The notes beneath the pieces are model-generated. The model was given only the letters and a program-made list of their open reading frames with translations. It was not told the DNA's origin and ran no database searches. From the NCBI GenBank assembly GCA_035385485.1, contig DAOOKC010000001.1, positions 8,385 to 72,384 on the forward strand: a DNA stretch of 64,000 nucleotides, given 5' to 3'. This DNA comes from Exilispira sp. (GTDB lineage Bacteria; Spirochaetota; JAAYUW01). The position numbers were made by a program, and so were the translations under genes. Shown piece by piece: positions 26,121 to 36,150 of this stretch (within the stretch, counting starts at the first letter, position 1; each line of letters opens with the position of its first letter).

Positions 26121-27311
26121 CTATCTTTCTATAAGACTTATTAATTCAATATGATAGGTTGCCGGGAAATTATCTATAATCTTTAATTTTTTAAGTTTGA
26201 AACCTTTCTCAGATAAATCTAATAAATCCCTCGAAAAGGTAGCGGGATTACATGAGACATATATAATTCTTTGAATTTTTGAATCTTTAATAATCTTTAC
26301 CACCTCTTTTTCCATTCCCGCTCTTGGCGGATCAACAAAAATCTGCAAAACATCGTTATATTTTTTTATGAAAAAAGATGCATCAGATGCTATAAATTCA
26401 ATATTATTAATATTATTTTGTTTTGAATTAAATTTACCGTTTGAAATAGCATTTTTAGATAATTCATTTACCAAAAGATTATCAAGTTTTTTAGCCATGG
26501 GAAGTGAAAAAAAACCAACACCTCCATATAATTCAATAGTAGAAAAGTCTTCTTTAACAAGATTACAAGCTTCAAGCTGAAATCTATCCAATAAAAAGGA
26601 ATTTACCTGGAAAAAATCAGAAATTCCAACTCTATAAATAAAGTCATTAACTTTATATTCGCAAAAGTTACTATCTGTAAGATAATTTAAATGTGCTGAA
26701 TAGATTTTTAAACCATCTCGAAGTGTAAAACCTTTTGTAAAAAGAAAAAATTTTTTATCGATGTTATCAATAAAATTTTGCATTCGTTCTGTCAATAAAA
26801 GGCACTTAAAATTAGGAAAAGGAACGACCTTTAAAGTTTTAGGCGCATAAAAGCCTATCTCACCATCTTTTGTTGTCTTTATTTGAACATTGTTTCTATA
26901 ATGAAATCTACTTTTACTAGGTATTAAAAAGTTATCGTTATTATTTTGATTATTTTTGCCTTTTTCATCAACATTTATTATTTCTTCATAATTTATCTTA
27001 CCAATTTTTGAAAGTGTTTCTAAAACTACTTTTTTCTTTATATTTAATTCATTTTCATAAGTTGTATGAAGAAAATTGCATCCCCCACATTTTTCAAAAA
27101 TAGCACACTGAGGTTCTATTCTTTTTTCTGATTTTTCAATTACCCTAATTAATTTACCAACAGCATAATCGCTATGATTTTCAACTATATCGATTTCACA
27201 AATCTCATCTTCAAGAGTAAAAGGAACAAAGCAGATTTTGCCATCTTTAGTTTTAGTAACACCTACACCATTAGCTCCAATTGAGTTTATTTTAACAATT
27301 TCTTTTTCCAA
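26121..27311 (-). CDS. 23S rRNA (uracil-5)-methyltransferase, RumA/RlmD-like (TRAM + Fe-S + SAM methyltransferase)
   Basis: An N-terminal TRAM-like domain, a Cys cluster CAIFEKCGGCNFLH, and a C-terminal class I methyltransferase with DPPRAG and a conserved nucleophile region (YVSCNP). Confidence 0.75.
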   Translation of the reverse strand: MEKEIVKINSIGANGVGVTKTKDGKICFVPFTLEDEICEIDIVENHSDYAVGKLIRVIEKSEKRIEPQCAIFEKCGGCNFLHTTYENELNIKKKVVLETLSKIGKINYEEIINVDEKGKNNQNNNDNFLIPSKSRFHYRNNVQIKTTKDGEIGFYAPKTLKVVPFPNFKCLLLTERMQNFIDNIDKKFFLFTKGFTLRDGLKIYSAHLNYLTDSNFCEYKVNDFIYRVGISDFFQVNSFLLDRFQLEACNLVKEDFSTIELYGGVGFFSLPMAKKLDNLLVNELSKNAISNGKFNSKQNNINNIEFIASDASFFIKKYNDVLQIFVDPPRAGMEKEVVKIIKDSKIQRIIYVSCNPATFSRDLLDLSEKGFKLKKLKIIDNFPATYHIELISLIER

Positions 27312-27443
27312 AATAAAATCCTGTTATATTATTGTTTAAATAACTATAATTTTGTTATTACACCTTTTTTTTACATTATAAAAAATTTGTGTATAGTCAA
27401 AAAAAGTATAAATTTTTCATTATTAATTAGTATGAGGTGATTT

Positions 27444-28622
27444 ATGAAATACAATTTTGATAAGATTATAAATAGAAAAAATAGTGAAAGCCTTAAATGG
27501 GGGATTATTAAAAATTTATATAAAGATGATTCAATCATTCCTTTATGGGTAGCCGATATGGATTTTGAAGTTGCAAAACCCATTCAAAAAGCCCTGATGA
27601 AAAGAGTGAAACATCCGATTTATGGTTATCCTTATAGAACTGAAGAATATTTCGAGTCTATTATTAATTGGTATTTTAGAAAATATCAGCTTAAAATAGA
27701 AAAGAAAAATATATTTTATTCTTTTGGAGTCGTTCCGGCAATATATTTAAGTTTATTAGCATTTACAAAACCCGAGGATAAAGTTATTGTCCAAACACCT
27801 GTTTATTATCCTTTTTTTCAATCTGTTGAAAATACAAAAAGAAAGTTGATCATAAATAGATTAAAACTTGAAGGACAAAGATACACAATAGATTTTGAAA
27901 ATCTTTATTCTATAGTTGACAAAGACACCAAGGCGTTAATTTTATGCAGTCCTCATAATCCAGTAGGAAGAGTCTGGGAGAGGGATGAGCTTAATAAACT
28001 TGTAGAATTTTGTATAGAAAGAGAAATTTTGATTATTTCAGATGAGATTCATTCAGATTTAATCTTGAGCGATAAAAAACATATCCCTACAGTTATGGTT
28101 TCTGAAAAAGCCAAAGATTATGTAATAACTCTAAGCGCACCAAATAAGACATTTAATATTGCAGGGCTTACAAGTGGATATGCTATAATATTTAATGAAG
28201 ATCTTGGCAAAAAATTTCAAAAGACAATGGAAACTCTTGGTATTGGAGTCCCAAATCTTTTTAGTATTCCTGCATTTATTTCAGCATATAATGAAGGAGA
28301 TGAATGGTTAAATCAATTAATCTTTTACTTAAAAGAAAATTATAATTATATCAAAAGAAGATTTGAAGAAATTCCAAAGATAAAACTATTTCCAATTGAA
28401 GCAACTTATTTAGCCTGGCTTGATTGTAGAGAGTTAAATTTGACAGATGAAGAACTTTTTTCTTTCTTTTTAAATGAAGCGAAACTCTTATTAAACGAAG
28501 GAAGACAATTTGGAAGTGGTGGAGAAGGATTTATGCGAATGAATTTCGCAACAAGCAGAAAAATATTGAAGGAAGTTATGGATAGGCTTTTAAAAGCATA
28601 TGAAAAAACAAAAAATAAATAA
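27444..28622 (+). CDS. PLP-dependent aminotransferase class I/II, PatB/MalY-type C-S lyase (cystathionine beta-lyase-like)
   Basis: An N-terminus with WVADMDF, a lysine region SAPNKTFNIAGL, and overall PatB/MalY family resemblance. Length is 392 aa. Confidence 0.75.
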   Translation: MKYNFDKIINRKNSESLKWGIIKNLYKDDSIIPLWVADMDFEVAKPIQKALMKRVKHPIYGYPYRTEEYFESIINWYFRKYQLKIEKKNIFYSFGVVPAIYLSLLAFTKPEDKVIVQTPVYYPFFQSVENTKRKLIINRLKLEGQRYTIDFENLYSIVDKDTKALILCSPHNPVGRVWERDELNKLVEFCIEREILIISDEIHSDLILSDKKHIPTVMVSEKAKDYVITLSAPNKTFNIAGLTSGYAIIFNEDLGKKFQKTMETLGIGVPNLFSIPAFISAYNEGDEWLNQLIFYLKENYNYIKRRFEEIPKIKLFPIEATYLAWLDCRELNLTDEELFSFFLNEAKLLLNEGRQFGSGGEGFMRMNFATSRKILKEVMDRLLKAYEKTKNK

Positions 28623-28749
28623 TAAATAATCTTTGGCAAAATCATGTCTGTAAAAAATTAATCTTTTTAAAAAAGAAAATTAAAAAAGAAAAATTTTTAA
28701 AAAAAGAAATTTTTTATTAAAAGAAAAATATATAATTTAGGAGAATCGA

Positions 28750-29811
28750 ATGGAAATAGCAATTATTGGCAGAAAAGATGCGGGTAAGACTCTTTTATTT
28801 TCTATTTTAACACAGATTGAATACCATCAATTTAGTAGTGAGAAACAGATTGGTGTCGCTAAAATACCAGATGTTAGAGTCGATAGACTTGCAGAATATT
28901 TTAAACCAAAAAGCATAGTTCATGCAAAAGTTACATTTATAGATTTTCCTGGAGTTGAAAAAGAAGAGTTTTATAGTGCAAAAAGGATAGCTGAGTATAA
29001 AAATGCCGATGCATTATGTTATATAATACCTTATTATATTAATCAGATAGATGAAGCAGAAGAGAAAGTTGAGCCTACTAAAGAGATAAAAAGATTTGAA
29101 GAAGAATCTATTATTGCTGATTTATCAAGTGTCGAAACAAGAATAGAAAGCCTTAAAAGAACTATGCAAAAAAGAAAAGAAAAAGAGGACGAAATAGAAC
29201 TTAAAATGATGTTAAAGTTGAAAGAAAATCTAGAAAAAGGAGTTCCTATAAGAAAGGTAGAACTTACAGAGGAAGAAAAAAAGATTTCAAAAGGATTTTC
29301 ATTTTTAACCCAAAAACCAATTTTATATATATTAAATATTTCAGAACAGCAGATTCAGAAAATAGATGAAATAATGAAAGGTCTGGAAATGTCAATTTTT
29401 GATGGTTTCCACAAAATCTCATTTATCTCCTGTCAAATGGAATATGATCTTATGATGATGAATGAAGAGGATAGAAGAGAATTTTTAAATGAATTAAACT
29501 TAAAAGAAGATGCAAAGACCAGGATTTTACAGGAGGTTTTTTCTCTTTTGGATCAAATATGTTTTTTTACTGTTGGTCCTGATGAAGTTAAAGCCTGGCA
29601 GATTAAAAAAGGAACTCATGCAAAAGAAGCTGCGGGTGTCATTCATTCTGACATTGAAAAGGGTTTCATTCGTGCCGAAGTTTATCATTATTCTGATTGG
29701 GAAAAGTATAAAAGTGAAGAAGAACTAAAAAAACAAAAATTAATACGTCTTGAAATGAAAGATTATGAAGTAAAAGATGGTGATATAATACATTTTCGAT
29801 TTAATAAATGA
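28750..29811 (+). CDS. ychF: YchF/Ola1-type Obg-family GTPase/ATPase with a C-terminal TGS domain and a divergent G1 motif
   Basis: A C-terminal TGS/YchF block (FFTVGPDEVKAWQIKKGTHAKEAAGVIHSDIEKGFIRAEV...KDGDIIHFRFN) and the central FLTQKPILYILN motif match the family. The P-loop GRKDAGKT differs from the canonical GLPNVGKS. Confidence 0.7.
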   Translation: MEIAIIGRKDAGKTLLFSILTQIEYHQFSSEKQIGVAKIPDVRVDRLAEYFKPKSIVHAKVTFIDFPGVEKEEFYSAKRIAEYKNADALCYIIPYYINQIDEAEEKVEPTKEIKRFEEESIIADLSSVETRIESLKRTMQKRKEKEDEIELKMMLKLKENLEKGVPIRKVELTEEEKKISKGFSFLTQKPILYILNISEQQIQKIDEIMKGLEMSIFDGFHKISFISCQMEYDLMMMNEEDRREFLNELNLKEDAKTRILQEVFSLLDQICFFTVGPDEVKAWQIKKGTHAKEAAGVIHSDIEKGFIRAEVYHYSDWEKYKSEEELKKQKLIRLEMKDYEVKDGDIIHFRFNK

Positions 29812-30015
29812 TAAAATAAAATAGGATGAATAAAATCAAAAAATTAAAATAAAAAAAATAAAAGAAAAGAAAATAAAAATAAAAAAAATATAAAATTCTT
29901 CATTTCTTGAATTTCAAATTTTATATCTTATAATTACGGTAAAGATTAACTTTATTTATCTATTACTATTATTGTTATTTAATCAACAATTTAAGATAAT
30001 ATATCGAGTTATTTT

Positions 30016-32580
30016 ATGGAAAAAGATTTTATTAGAAGTAAGAAAAGATTATTAAAATTATCTATAATATTAATATTTACTATAATCTTTTTTTATTCTT
30101 TAATATTTAATAATAACCCGATTAAGAAAATTACTCTGGGTATATATCAGAACGAACCCAAGGTTTTCATTGATAGTAAAGGTAGATCTTCAGGGATATG
30201 GGTGGATCTTTTAAATGAAATAGCAAAAAAGGAAGGCTGGAAGATTAACTATTTTGTATCTGATTGGTCTGGTTGTTTACATGCAGCAGCTGAAGGTAAA
30301 ATAGATTTAATGGTTGATGTTGCTTATTCAAAAGAAAGGGCTATAATTTATGATTTTAATAAAATTGCTGTTTTGGAATCATTTTCAAAAATTTATTCTA
30401 ATAAAAGTTTAAGAATAAGAAAATTATCTGATTTGAATGGAAAAAAAATCGCTGTTCTTGATTCATCGATTCAGGAGAAAAATCTAATTCTTTTAAAACA
30501 AAATTTATTTTATAATTATGAACTTGTAAAAGCATCTTCTTTTCAAGATGCATTTTTGATGACAAGGAATGGAACTACAGATTGTGCAATTTCAAATAAC
30601 TTTTTTGGCGATTATTTTTATAAGGAATTTAATTTAAAAGACACAGCAATAGAATTATTTCCATCCGAACTTTTTTTTGTTACAAAAAAAGGAACAAACC
30701 AGGATATTTTGACTACTATCGATAAATATTTGTCAGAATGGAAATTAGATAAGAATTCAGTGTATTATAAAATTTTAAGGAAATGGAAAGTTTCACAGAA
30801 AACAAGAATTAATAATTTTTTTATCTCATTAATTATAATTCTTGGATTAATCATATTATTTACAATAATTTATATTTTATTTATAAATAAAAAACTTAAA
30901 TATATTAGATCAAGGCTTAAACTTACATTTGATACGCTTTCATTAAGTGAAAAATATTTTAAAGAATATTCAGAAATCTCTCCTTATGGAATATTTAAAA
31001 CAGATAATAATGGTAATATATTATTTATAAATAATTACTGGCAGAAGATTAGTGGATATGATTCTAATGAATGTCTTGGAAATGGTTTTTTTAAATTTGC
31101 TTTTCAGTATAAATGGGAAACTATTAAAAATGATTGGTTAAATAAAGTCGTAAATGAAAAAGAGTTTGAAAAATTAATTACAATAACTGATATAAACAAT
31201 CAGATTCATTTTTTAAAAGTTAGGTTAAAAGGAGTTTTTTCAGATAAAGGATATTTGGAAGGTTATCTTGGGGTTTTCGATGATATTACGAAAGAGATGT
31301 TGATGACAGAAGAACTAAATAAAAAAAACAAAGATCTGAATATATTGTTTGATCTTTCTTCTATTATTAACATAAATCTTTTAAATCCAGATTTTACAAG
31401 GACAATTCTTAATAAAATAATTGAATATTTTGGTATTAGTGCAGCGATTCTTTTTATTTCAGATGAAGAAAAAATAATAGTTGAAGATATTCAACCAGAA
31501 AATATTAGAAAATTATGGCATATAAATGATATTCATCTTATTGGTCATTGTTTGTGTGGAAAGGTTTACCTGGATGGAATATCTATTTTTATAAAAGATC
31601 TTAGAGACGAAAAATTAGCAGAAAGAGATGAGTGTAAAAATTCTGGGTTTAAATCTATTGCAGTTTTACCATTGAAATATTTAGATAAAGTCATTGGTAT
31701 CCTGCTTCTTGCAAGTTTTGAAGAAAAAGATCTTTCGATTTTTAAGAATTTATTGGAATCAATTTGTCAACAGATCTCAGTTGCATTAAATAATAGAGTT
31801 TTACACTTAAAACTGATATCATACTCCAAAGAACTTGAAAACAAAGTATATCAAAGGACAAAAGAATTGGAAGAAGCTCTTGAAAAGGCTCAATTTGCGG
31901 ATAGAATGAAAAGTGCTTTTTTAGCCACAATGTCGCATGAACTTAGAACACCTCTTAATTCAATAATCGGTTTTACAGGTGTACTTTTACAGGAACTTCC
32001 AGGGAAATTAAATGAAGAGCAAAAAAAACAACTTATGATGGTAAAAAAAAGTTCTCAACATCTTCTAGATCTAATCAATGATGTTTTAGATATTTCAAAA
32101 ATAGAGGCAGGTGAACTAAAGCTTTATTATGAAAAATTTGAACTTTTACCACTAATGGAAGAAATTATAAATAGTTTAATCGGATTAATTCAAAATAAGG
32201 GACTTGAATTTGAATTTTTATTTGATAACAACATTAATATTATAAATTCAGATAGGAAAAGATTAAAACAGGTTATAATTAATCTTATAAGTAATGCAAT
32301 AAAGTTTACCGATAAAGGTAAAATTTCCTTAATTTGTAAGAAAAATGGAACTTTTATAGAATTTGAAGTTATAGATACAGGTATTGGAATAAAAAAAGAA
32401 GATATGAATTTATTATTTAAGCCTTTCAGTCAGATAAATAAAAGATTAAACAGAAATTATGAAGGAACCGGTCTTGGTCTTTCAATATGTAAAAAAATAG
32501 TCGAATTACTTGGAGGTGAAATAAGTTTTGAAAGTAAGTTTGGAATAGGTTCAAAAGTTAGATTTAATATACCAGAATAA
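30016..32580 (+). CDS. Sensor histidine kinase with an extracytoplasmic solute-binding (SBP_bac_3-like) domain, TM, PAS and GAF domains, HisKA and HATPase
   Basis: A signal/TM segment, a periplasmic-binding-protein-like region, a second TM, PAS (NGNILFINNYW) and GAF-like regions. An H-box (MSHELRTPLNSI) and N/G1/G2 boxes (NLISNAIKFT, DTGIGI, GTGLGLSI) follow. Confidence 0.8.
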   Translation: MEKDFIRSKKRLLKLSIILIFTIIFFYSLIFNNNPIKKITLGIYQNEPKVFIDSKGRSSGIWVDLLNEIAKKEGWKINYFVSDWSGCLHAAAEGKIDLMVDVAYSKERAIIYDFNKIAVLESFSKIYSNKSLRIRKLSDLNGKKIAVLDSSIQEKNLILLKQNLFYNYELVKASSFQDAFLMTRNGTTDCAISNNFFGDYFYKEFNLKDTAIELFPSELFFVTKKGTNQDILTTIDKYLSEWKLDKNSVYYKILRKWKVSQKTRINNFFISLIIILGLIILFTIIYILFINKKLKYIRSRLKLTFDTLSLSEKYFKEYSEISPYGIFKTDNNGNILFINNYWQKISGYDSNECLGNGFFKFAFQYKWETIKNDWLNKVVNEKEFEKLITITDINNQIHFLKVRLKGVFSDKGYLEGYLGVFDDITKEMLMTEELNKKNKDLNILFDLSSIININLLNPDFTRTILNKIIEYFGISAAILFISDEEKIIVEDIQPENIRKLWHINDIHLIGHCLCGKVYLDGISIFIKDLRDEKLAERDECKNSGFKSIAVLPLKYLDKVIGILLLASFEEKDLSIFKNLLESICQQISVALNNRVLHLKLISYSKELENKVYQRTKELEEALEKAQFADRMKSAFLATMSHELRTPLNSIIGFTGVLLQELPGKLNEEQKKQLMMVKKSSQHLLDLINDVLDISKIEAGELKLYYEKFELLPLMEEIINSLIGLIQNKGLEFEFLFDNNINIINSDRKRLKQVIINLISNAIKFTDKGKISLICKKNGTFIEFEVIDTGIGIKKEDMNLLFKPFSQINKRLNRNYEGTGLGLSICKKIVELLGGEISFESKFGIGSKVRFNIPE

Positions 32581-32673
32581 ATTATATAGTATAAAGAGTG
32601 ATATTTATTTTTGAAAAATAATAGTATAGAAAAATTCAAAATGCTAAATTTTAAAATAAAGAAAGGATTTTTT

Positions 32674-33039
32674 ATGTCATTAGTTTTAATAATTGAAGAT
32701 AATGAACAAAATCTATATCTTGAAAAATATCTATTAGAAAAAAATGGATATAATGTCGAATTTGCTAAAGATGGTATGGAAGCACTTTGTAAGCTTGAAA
32801 AAATTTTCCCCGACCTGATATTATTGGATATTCAGCTTCCAAATATGGATGGATATGAGGTCGCTAAAAGGATTAGGAATTTTGAAAAACATATTAATAC
32901 ACCAATTGTCGCCGTTACTTCATATGCAATGCCAGGTGACAGGGAAAAGGCATTGGAAGCAGGATGCAATGGGTATATTGAAAAACCAATTAATCCCGAC
33001 ACTTTTATAATGGAAATAGAAAAATTTAAGAAAAGTTAA
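32674..33039 (+). CDS. Single-domain response regulator (receiver only). The start is trimmed to the Met preceded by an RBS.
   Basis: A receiver fold (LIIEDNEQN...LLDIQLPNMDG...TSYAMPGDREKALEAGCNGYIEKP). AAAGGA lies 7 nt upstream of the 32674 ATG. The listed ORF extends to 32611 with an unlikely leader. Confidence 0.75.
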   Translation: MSLVLIIEDNEQNLYLEKYLLEKNGYNVEFAKDGMEALCKLEKIFPDLILLDIQLPNMDGYEVAKRIRNFEKHINTPIVAVTSYAMPGDREKALEAGCNGYIEKPINPDTFIMEIEKFKKS

Positions 33040-33057
33040 AATGATAAAGGAAGATTT

Positions 33058-35127
33058 ATGTCCAAAATACTTATTGTAGATGATTTTGAAGAAAATAGGT
33101 ATTTGCTGAGAAATTATTTAGAATCAGATGGATATGATGTTATAGAGGCAAAAAATGGAGTTGAGGCATTGAATTTATTGAAAAACGAAAAGATTGATTT
33201 AATAATTTCAGATATTTTAATGCCACAAATGGATGGATTTACACTATGTAGAAATGTAAAAATGGATGAAAAACTAAAGCTTATACCATTTGTTTTTTAT
33301 ACTGCAACATATACAGATGAACAGGATGAAAAGCTTGCTTTAAGCCTTGGGGCAAGTAAATTTATATTGAAACCAAAAGAAAAGGATGAATTTAATAAAA
33401 TTATCAAAGATGTGATGGAACAATTTTCAGTTGGTGGTATTAAGACTTTACAGATAGAGGAAAAAGATCTGGCGACATATTATAAACTATATAATGAAGT
33501 TCTTATAAGAAAACTTGAAAGTAAGATGATTCAGCTTGAGAAAGTTAATAAAGAATTAGAAAAAAAGATTATTGAAAATGAGAAGATCAATAGACAGATT
33601 ATTAATAATCTTAATTATTTTTCAAAGGTGATAGATAAACTTAATAATCCATTGGCGATATTGGATGAAAATTATATAATAAGAGAGGCAAATCAAAAAT
33701 TTTGTGAAATATTTGGTGAAAAATCTAAGATTATAAATATTAATTTTTTTTCTATAGATGATGATTTTTTTGAACAAACTGAATTAAAATTTCTATTTGA
33801 AGATCTTGATGAAAAAAACTTTGTAATAGATAATTATGAAATTGAAATTGAAAAAAATAATTTATCAAAGAAGATATATAGTATTAAGGCAAGTAAAGTA
33901 TTGACAAAGGATGAAAATAGTTATGATATTATAATCTTAATGGAAGATATTACAGAATTTAAAAGATTATTAAAAGAAAAAGAATCTATATATAATAGAT
34001 TATTGCAACTTGAAAGAGCAGAATCTATAGGGAAATTTGCGGGTGGTATTGCACATGATTTTAATAATATATTAACTATAATACTTAATAGTTCTCAATT
34101 AATACTTGATTCGTTAAAGGAAGATGATCCTTTATATGAAGATGTAAAAAATATATATGATGCTGGAGTTAGAGGTTCAGAACTGACTAAAAAAATTTTA
34201 ATGTTTAGCAGGAAAAAAGAGACAACACAGGATGTAATAGATATTCATAGGGAAATAAACGAAATTGATAAATTAGCAAAAAGGCTTATTGGAGAAGATA
34301 TAAAAATAGAGTATCTTTTATTGGCAGAAGAGACAAATGTATTAATGGATTCAATAAACTTTCAACAGGTTTTGATAAATCTTTTTTCGAATGCGAAAGA
34401 TGCAATGCCAAATGGTGGCAAGATTTTGGTCAAGACTCAAAATATAGAAATTAATCAGGGAAAAAATGAAAATATTTTGCCAGGAAAATATATAAAAATT
34501 GAAGTTTCAGACACTGGCAATGGAATTGAGAATCAGGTTTTAAACCAGATATTTGAACCTTTTTTTACTACAAAAAAGTCCGGTAAAGGTACGGGGCTTG
34601 GACTTTATCTTGTGTATTCAATAATACAGCAGTCAAATGGGTATATTTATGCCTGTTCAGAATTGGGTAAAGGAACTACGTTTATAATCCTTCTTCCTTT
34701 GTTAAGTGAGTTTTTAGAGAAAAAAATTGAAACTATCGAAGATGCAAAATTTGTACTAAGAGATAAATACATTTTGCTTATTGAAGATGATCCAATAGTC
34801 ATGGCTGCTATAGAAAAGATGCTATTAAAAATTAATGTAAAAATTGAAAAAGCTAAAAATGCAAAAGAAGCTTTAGAATTAATAGATAAAGGTTTTGTCC
34901 CAGATTCGCTAATTACAGATATGATTCTTGAAGATATGTCAGCCGATACTCTTATCAGGATAATTAAGAAAAAACTCGGTAAAGTTAATGTTTTATATAT
35001 GTCGGGTTATTCTAAAGAAGAATTTTCAAGAAGAAATATCATTATCAATGATTCAAATTTTATACAAAAACCATTTACATTAAAGCAATTGCAGGAAAAG
35101 ATTTACAATTTATTTATAAATCAATGA
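33058..35127 (+). CDS. Hybrid sensor kinase: N-terminal receiver, PAS, HisKA, HATPase, C-terminal receiver-like domain
   Basis: An N-terminal REC (ILIVDDFEEN...DILMPQMDG). A PAS-like middle and an H-box (IAHDFNNILT) follow, then N/G boxes (LFSNAKDAM, DTGNGI, GTGLGLYLV) and a C-terminal REC-like region (LLIEDDPIVM). Confidence 0.8.
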   Translation: MSKILIVDDFEENRYLLRNYLESDGYDVIEAKNGVEALNLLKNEKIDLIISDILMPQMDGFTLCRNVKMDEKLKLIPFVFYTATYTDEQDEKLALSLGASKFILKPKEKDEFNKIIKDVMEQFSVGGIKTLQIEEKDLATYYKLYNEVLIRKLESKMIQLEKVNKELEKKIIENEKINRQIINNLNYFSKVIDKLNNPLAILDENYIIREANQKFCEIFGEKSKIININFFSIDDDFFEQTELKFLFEDLDEKNFVIDNYEIEIEKNNLSKKIYSIKASKVLTKDENSYDIIILMEDITEFKRLLKEKESIYNRLLQLERAESIGKFAGGIAHDFNNILTIILNSSQLILDSLKEDDPLYEDVKNIYDAGVRGSELTKKILMFSRKKETTQDVIDIHREINEIDKLAKRLIGEDIKIEYLLLAEETNVLMDSINFQQVLINLFSNAKDAMPNGGKILVKTQNIEINQGKNENILPGKYIKIEVSDTGNGIENQVLNQIFEPFFTTKKSGKGTGLGLYLVYSIIQQSNGYIYACSELGKGTTFIILLPLLSEFLEKKIETIEDAKFVLRDKYILLIEDDPIVMAAIEKMLLKINVKIEKAKNAKEALELIDKGFVPDSLITDMILEDMSADTLIRIIKKKLGKVNVLYMSGYSKEEFSRRNIIINDSNFIQKPFTLKQLQEKIYNLFINQ

Positions 35128-35216
35128 AATTTTATAAATTTCAATAAAAGATAATAGAATTCAAACTTAAAATAGCGAAATATAAAATAAGCTGGTAAAT
35201 TAAAAAATTTAAAAAC

Positions 35217-36086
35217 TTAAATTAAATTCAATTTCTTAAGTTCCGATTCTATCTGTTTTTTTGTGTTTTCGCTAACTTCAACAAGAGGTTCTCTTAATTC
35301 TCCATTATAAAGTTTCATCACTTTCATAGCATATTTCAAAGGCGCTGGATTTCCTTCAAGGAAAAGTGCTTTTATTAAAGGGAAGATTTTTAAGTGAATC
35401 TGTGCAGCCTTTTCAATATTACCTTTAATGAAGTTTTGATACATTTCAACCCAGAGTTCGGGTATTAAGTTGGAACTTGTACAGATTACTCCATCGAACC
35501 CTATACAAAAGGATGGAAAAGTCAGAGAGTCCTCTCCTGAAAGTAGACAAAAATTATTTAATACCATTCTTAACTTTGTAAATTCATCGAAATCTGATAG
35601 AGCCTGTTTAATTCCAACTATTTTAGGATTAGCTGAAAGTTTTTGAACAGTTTCAGCAGATATTGAAACAGCAGTTCTTCCAGGCACATTATATAAAATT
35701 ATAGGGATTTCTGAAACTTCAGCAATGGAATTATAGTATTGTAATAGTCCAGCTTGAGAAGGTTTATTTGCAAAAGGAGTTATTACAAGAAGTCCATCGG
35801 GTTTGTATTTGTTGGCTACTTTAATCATTTCAATAGATCTTTTAGTTGAGTTATGAGCAATCCCAAATATTATCTTAAAATCCGAGGATTTATATTTTAT
35901 AGCCTCTTCCCATAAAAGATTGCAATCTTCCTGTTCAAGGGTGAAAGATTCTCCAGTACAACCACCAATAACAATACCATCGGTTTTTGCATCCTTCTGT
36001 CTTTTAATAAGCTCTCCAAATTTTTCTATATCGACTTTCCCATCCTTAAATGGAGTTATTTGAGCTGTCAATATCCCTTTAAACAT
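35217..36086 (-). CDS. dapA: 4-hydroxy-tetrahydrodipicolinate synthase (DapA family). The start is trimmed to the Met preceded by GGAG.
   Basis: MFKGILTAQITPF...GIVIGGCTGESFTL is the DapA N-terminal signature, and a Schiff-base lysine region is present. The listed ORF's upstream extension MNKKYYKKKRKGVKF looks non-native. GGAG lies 9 nt upstream of the 36086 ATG. Confidence 0.8.
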   Translation of the reverse strand: MFKGILTAQITPFKDGKVDIEKFGELIKRQKDAKTDGIVIGGCTGESFTLEQEDCNLLWEEAIKYKSSDFKIIFGIAHNSTKRSIEMIKVANKYKPDGLLVITPFANKPSQAGLLQYYNSIAEVSEIPIILYNVPGRTAVSISAETVQKLSANPKIVGIKQALSDFDEFTKLRMVLNNFCLLSGEDSLTFPSFCIGFDGVICTSSNLIPELWVEMYQNFIKGNIEKAAQIHLKIFPLIKALFLEGNPAPLKYAMKVMKLYNGELREPLVEVSENTKKQIESELKKLNLI

Positions 36087-36150
36087 AAACTTTACTCCTT
36101 TTCTTTTCTTTTTATAGTATTTTTTATTCAATTTAGATTAATATATTCAT

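Noticed and set aside
32611-32673. N-terminal extension of the single-domain response regulator (MKNNSIEKFKMLNFKIKKGFF)
   Set aside because: The receiver domain begins at MSLVLIIEDN, and that ATG has a properly spaced AAAGGA RBS. The extension has no RBS and overlaps the upstream gene's 3' region.
36087-36131. N-terminal extension of dapA (MNKKYYKKKRKGVKF)
   Set aside because: DapA family proteins start at the MFKGI..TPF motif. GGAG precedes that ATG, and the extension is a poly-Lys artefact of AT-rich sequence.
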